This document shows, piece by piece, positions 58,801 to 64,000 of a stretch of 64,000 nucleotides of DNA. Source of the stretch: Zygnema circumcarinatum SAG 698-1b (Eukaryota; Plantae; Zygnematophyceae); NCBI GenBank assembly GCA_037447605.1, contig CM074812.1, forward strand, positions 1,984,001 through 2,048,000, in the 5' to 3' direction. The notes beneath the pieces are model-generated. The model had not been told where the DNA came from. It saw only the letters and a program-made list of their open reading frames with translations, and did not search any database. A program made the position numbers and the translations under genes. The first letter of the stretch is position 1; each line of letters opens with the position of its first letter.

Positions 58801-60527
58801 TCGTCCACCTTCTTCTGTGGACCCCTTTCAGAATTTCTTTTAATCGCAGAGGAATTCACCGGAATGGCATCCACGTCCTCTTCCTCCTCCTCCTCCTCCT
58901 CCTCGTCGCTGTACTGCTCGAGCAGAGAGAGAGGGTTCTCCTTCTGAGCCTCTGCCCAAAGGGAGTGGAGAAGCGCCGCCATGGCGTGAGTCCATGCATA
59001 GCAGCAGCCATACACAAGGGGGCGCATCCCCCAGAGTGGGAGAGAAAGCGGAGGGAGGCGATATTTGGTCGGAGAAAGTGGTTAACCCTAGCTGGTTAAG
59101 GTAGGAACTAAAGATCAGTTTGCGTCAAAGTAGTGGTTTAGGGTTAGTTGGATCAAGAATGTCAGAAATAGGAAGGTAAGGCGGGGCGGGAGTGGGGATG
59201 ACAAGAAGGTGAGTGGTAGAAAAACAACGAAAGAGGGCGGAGAAAGGCAGAAAAAGAGAAAAAAGGGAAGTGAAAAGGAGCGGACAAGAAAAAATTAACA
59301 GACGGAAGAGGTTAGGAAACGGGAAACGGGAGATGTTGCAAGAAAAGAAAGAGGAGATCGAGAGAACAGGGAGAGAGCGCCGAAAAAGCAAGGAGGGACA
59401 GAGTCGAGAATGAGAAAAGCAAGACTTTAGGCGAAGGAGACAGCACAAAGAGAGAGAGAAGGAGGATAAGAGAAGAACTCGAGGAGGGAGGCGGAAGGAG
59501 CGTTGCATAAGCACAAGCCCCAAACTTTAGCAACGAGTTAGTCGTCATGACACAGCATGGCATGGCGTCGAGAACCATGTCCACAGCCCCATGACATTCT
59601 CGAGGAAAAGGGCAGCAAAGGAGGCTCATATTGGGCTAGGGTTTGTTTGAAGTTGGGAGGGGTTAGGTTGGGTTGGGTCTGAGGACAAAGGGGGGAGGGG
59701 GGGAGGGGGAGAGGCAGTGATCAGACCAGAGGAGAGGGAGGCGTACGAACCGAAGCGCTCTGAATGGCAGATGGTGATGGATGGATGGATAGATGGAGGC
59801 GCGCCGCCATCCGAGGCGCCACCCCATCATGGACTCGCAGAAGAGGGAGGAGCGGGGTTCACTTATCCCCATAAACTATTGACACGTACAGACAGACGAC
59901 ACGAGCGAGAGAAAGAGAGAGAGAGAGCGCATCTGAACCATAAACTCCCCCTTCCTGCCCTCCCTCCGTCCCTGACAGCCTGCGTCCTCTGCTCTGCCTG
60001 CTCTGCCCTTCCTCCTCCTCGCAGAAGCCATGCCTGCTACAGGTGCCTGCGGCCTTCTGACGGTACGGTATGGCATGGCATGGCATGGTGGATGGAACGG
60101 GCATGCATGGGTCGGCCCTCCCTCAGGCCTCGCACCCACCTTCAGCAGCTGCAGGCGGCTCTGCCGAAGCTCCTCGCGCCGGCCATGGCGCCGCTCCTGC
60201 GCTCCCTCACCCGCCCGCCTCGCCCCGCGAGTCAGGGCCTCAAGAATTCCTTCAAATCCAGCTCCCTGCTCGCCAGTCCTGAATCCAAACCCTAATTCCA
60301 AATCCTAACCGTGAACCCGCTCATACAGCTCAAGTCCAGACCCTCGCCATTAATCCCCCCTGTCCCGCAGACCCTGAGCCCTGAACCCTGAGCCCCATGC
60401 CTGCACCTGGTGCGACGCCGGGCGCGGCGCTGGCCTCGCCCGCCTCCGCCTGCGCGAGGGCGAGGTCGAGCTTCACGCGGCGGCTGCCTCCACCGGCCTG
60501 CTGCCGCCTCTCTCTCCGCCGTCCCAT
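54794..60527 (-). CDS. WW-domain protein with two WW domains (FNBP4-like plant family)
   Basis: MGRRRERR..GSRRVKLDL; ENPLSLLEQYSDEEE; WW1 WEAVVDESSGSIYYWNVATGETSWDVP; KRVSSMLHK/WKAAKEEL; EWKAQQLAAGSVRENANFQPLGG; PDLAAMSVGLPPGWR/AFWDASSASVYFGNLATRETAWDRPSA* (stop 54794-54796). Confidence 0.9.
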
Positions 60528-61699
60528 CCCTCCCGCTGCTCTCCCTCTCCCACTCCCTGTCTTCTCCCTCTCCCTCTCCCTCTCCCTCTCCCTCTCCCTC
60601 CTCTCCCTCCTCTCCCTCCCTCTCCCTCACTATCGCCGCCTCCCGCGCAGACCGACCACCGTTCCGTGCAGCGCGATCGCTGCGGCCAGTTAGAGTCGCA
60701 GGTCCGCGGGACTGGAACTGCAGCTGGAACGGTCCACGGTTCCCTCCCCGCCTCCCAGTTAGTTCCATGCCCGCCCGCTACGCCGTGACCGCCGTCACGC
60801 GTTGCTGGCATGTGGCGGCTGCTCGCCGCGTTGACTCCATGTCGCGCCGTTCAACAGCTGTGCAACTGCGATAGAACATCACAGCGTCTTCCCGAGCGTA
60901 GAACGCGCTGTTCTCGCACCGGCTCCTCGAACCGGGTTATCCACGTCAGCACGCCCACGTGGTCGACCATATGACTCTCAGACACGTGGCGGTCAACCCG
61001 CAACTCCCGCCGCGCGCTGATTGGACCGCGGCGAAAGAGGCGGCCGCCGCGCGCGGCTCTGCCGGCCGTACGGACGCCACGTGGCGTGACGAGCGTGACG
61101 GTGACGCTGTCCGTACAGCGGCGGGCGCGAACCGCCGGGGAGCAGCGGTCGGCGGAAGGCCGCGGGCCGGAATGGGGGGGAGGGGGCGGGAGAGGGGGAG
61201 GGAGAGGGGGCCGGGGGAGAGGGAGAGGGAGAGGAAGAGGACGAGGGAGAGAGGGGAGAGAGGGGAGAGAGGGAAGGGAGAGAATACGAGAGGAAGAGGC
61301 GAAGAGAGGGGAAAGGAGGCCTGCACCAATGAAAGAAATAGCATTGCGGAGGAAGAACATTCTTGAGACAATGCGGTGGTGTAGGAGGGCTGCGTAGCAG
61401 AGTAGAGAGAAGAATCTCGTCCGTTTCTTTATACAGTCTACACGTTCCACTCTCATCCCTTTCCCCCCCCCCGCACCGAAGTAAAATAGCAGTACCGCTT
61501 CTTTTTCCATGCATTCCAGTGCTCCCCTCCATCCTAACTAAGCTTCCCTCCCTCCCTCCCTCCTTCCCTCCCTCCCTTCCTCCCTCCCTCCCTCCCTCAC
61601 TCCCTCCCTCCCTCCCTGCCTCCCTCCCTCCCTCCCCCCCCCTCCCTCCCTCCTTCCCTCCCTCCCTCCATCCCTCCCACCACCAGCCCCCTCTCCCAA

Positions 61700-63655
61700 A
61701 TGGCCGCCCCCGCCCCTCCCGGCGCCAACCACGACGGCTGGCTGGATGCCAACTCGCACGACATTGGTGGAGGCACACGTGCCCTCGCCTCATTGGCCGA
61801 CCCCGCCCTTCCCGCCCAGCTCGAGGACGACGACAGCCAGATCGTTTCCTTCGCCTCCGCGGACTTCTTCTCTTCGGGGGCGGGCGGGGACGCGCTCGCG
61901 CTCCTGCTCACCCTCGCGACTTTGGGCCTTCCCGCCCTCGCCGCCACGTGGTGGCCGCGGCTCCGACCCAAAGTATCCTTTTGGCGACGCGCGCAGAGGA
62001 CGGACGTGGAGGCGGACCGCGTGGTTGTGGCGAGCCTCGACGGGATTGTGTCCGTAGCCGAGATCATGGTGTACAACCCGCAGGTGCAGGCATTGGTGCC
62101 CATTCGGGCCAGGAAGAAGATGGGGAAGGTAGGCACTCGCTCTTCTCGTCCTATCCCCTCTCTCTCTCTCTCCCTCTCTCTCTCGTGGCCCTCTCATCTT
62201 TCCATTTTATAGGTCAGCCTCTCCGGGATAACGCACATACGCGCGTGCACAGAGGGGCTCATCATGGCTGCATTGCGGGCCATGGCGGGAGGCAGATTCC
62301 GGTGAATGCCCCGCGGATGTTTGTGTGGCGAGAGGAGCGATTTTGGTATTCGTCGCGAGATGGACATTGGACGCGGCGTGCCTTCAAGGCGGGCAGCACG
62401 TACGCGGAGATTCACGCGTTGGCTGCTCGCATTGCAGCGGAGGATGCACCTGAAGGTGTGCGCCTGCCTGAACCCTAGGGGCCGCAATCCATGAGGACTT
62501 GGAATCCATCGCCGTCTGAACCCTTTGTGCCTATCTAAAGTGAGCATGGACGAGCTTTAATGATGTAGGAGGCTCGCGGAGCAGCAAGTCGCAGAGAATG
62601 CTCACATATGGACCCAACACCCTGCATGTGCACGTGCCGAGCTTCAAGTGAGCTTCACCTCTTGGCCTCCGCGAATTGCTGGTATTCTGAGGGGGACTCC
62701 AGGGATTCACATCTAAAAATAAACAAAGATTTCGGGATTTTGAAGAAAGTGCAAATAACGGTAAATGCTGAAGATATCAATTTTACAGCTGTTGATTGTA
62801 GATTTCAGGTCTTGAATTCAACCAACAGTTTCAACACCTAAGCAATCAAGGATGACCCGAGTCCCCAGAGAGAAAACGCCTATTTTTGTGAATAATTTTA
62901 ATCCTTCGTATTGCCGATTTGGCGCACAGGCGATTGGTCATGGAAGAAGCATTCAAGCCCTTCTTTCTGTTTCAAGTCTTCTCTGTCACGTCTTGGCTGT
63001 TCTTAGGTGCGCCTCCCTCTCCCCCTCCCCCTCCTCCTCCCCCTCCTCGTCACCCTACCCCTCCCNNNNNNNNNNACCCCCCCCCGCTTCCCCTCCCCCT
63101 CCTCCCCCTCTGGGGGGGCGTGCTTGTTCTCCCTCTCTCTCTTCTCCTCGTTCCTCTCATCTCCAAACTTCAACTTCTTCTGCACCACTCCCCATGCTCA
63201 CGCTTACTTAGAACTCCTCCCTCCCTTTCAGCCTTCCGCGAACACTTCCCCTATCCTTTCACATTTTTCCAATGTATTGCCGTGTGCAGACTACGCGACC
63301 TACGCGTACATCATCATAGTCCTGACGGTCCTGGCCGTGCTGTACAGCGCGTACGAGACCTGGAGCAGCCTCACCGCCGTCAAGCGCCTCGCGCAGACCG
63401 ACACGCGCGTGCGCCGCCTCGCGCTCAAAAAGGGAGCAGGCCTCGCCCTCGTGCCGGAGGAAGTCTCCTCCGCTGACCTGCTGCCGGGGGACCTGGTGAG
63501 GGCCTAAAAACCCTAAAAACCAACCATTCGTTGGAAGTCGGAGGAGGCTGCATATATCTAGAAACCCTAAAAACCATAATAGCGCTGTCCTCTTGTTGTT
63601 GATCGTGCGTATGAATCCGGTTTGTACCCTAAAAACCCTGAAAAGTGGAGGGAGA

Positions 63656-63693
<38 letters not shown>

Positions 63694-63873
63694 AGGGGAG
63701 TGTGACGGGGAGGCGGCGGAGGGGTGCAGGTGGAGGTGGAGGCGGGCATGGCGGTGCCCTGCGACCTGATCCTGCTGGCGGGGCAGTGCGTGGTTTCGGA
63801 GGCGATGCTGACCGGCGAGAGCGCGCCCGTCCTCAAGAGCGCGCTGCCGCCGGACGTCTCTCCGCACTCGCCG
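61700..63873 (+). CDS. P5-type cation-transporting ATPase, P5B (ATP13A2-5)-like, N-terminal part, runs off the right edge
   Basis: [12 protein letters not shown]; [17 protein letters not shown]; [21 protein letters not shown]; [29 protein letters not shown]; [12 protein letters not shown]; [32 protein letters not shown] (TGES actuator motif). Confidence 0.85.
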
Positions 63874-64000
63874 GTGCGCGGCTATGCCATGCATGCCCAT
63901 GTTGGACGTCACGTCACGTGACGGTCAATGTCGATGCTGGATGTATGAGAGAGAGAACATTTGTGAGCTGGATGTATGAGATGTGTGTCATTGTGGAACG

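Noticed and set aside
4170-63075. Ten 10-N gaps flanked by poly-G/poly-C or GA runs, including G-run/N/C-run at 14478-14516 that looks like an inverted repeat
   Set aside because: Fixed-length scaffold placeholders at hard-to-sequence tracts; not biological structure.

Overview
Eukaryotic nuclear DNA from a plant-lineage organism. The gene content and the GA/CT low-complexity introns with TTTAGGG-like tracts fit a streptophyte green alga such as Closterium; this taxonomic call is inference. Gene order: SPP (-, runs off left edge), PIG-V (+), PIG-U (-), GDP-sugar transporter GFT1/GONST4-like (+, intronless), RING-H2 E3 ligase (-), PRP19 (-), HAD-IIA phosphatase (-), FKBP16-4-like (-), FKBP16-1-like (+), ArsS-like radical SAM enzyme (-, 3' end missing at a gap), an unidentified multi-exon gene (+), a two-WW-domain protein (-), and a P5(B-like) ATPase (+, runs off right edge). 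Most long ORFs in the supplied track are low-complexity artefacts; the genes were rebuilt exon by exon from remembered homology, so boundaries are approximate. Mobile and repeat content: an 864-bp non-autonomous hAT element with a perfect 21-bp TIR, 8-bp TSD and a transposase C-terminal remnant, nested between palindromic arrays; a Tourist-like MITE; an LTR-like segment; several minisatellites. A 1280-bp duplication across an N gap is probably an assembly artefact. Most notable: a four-gene ER/Golgi GPI-glycosylation neighbourhood, a head-to-head pair of thylakoid FKBPs, an intron made of about 24 in-frame splice-acceptor-like units, a probably plastid-targeted ArsS homolog, a P5B-like ATPase, and strong over-representation of the palindrome GCCACGTGGC. 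No database searches were possible.
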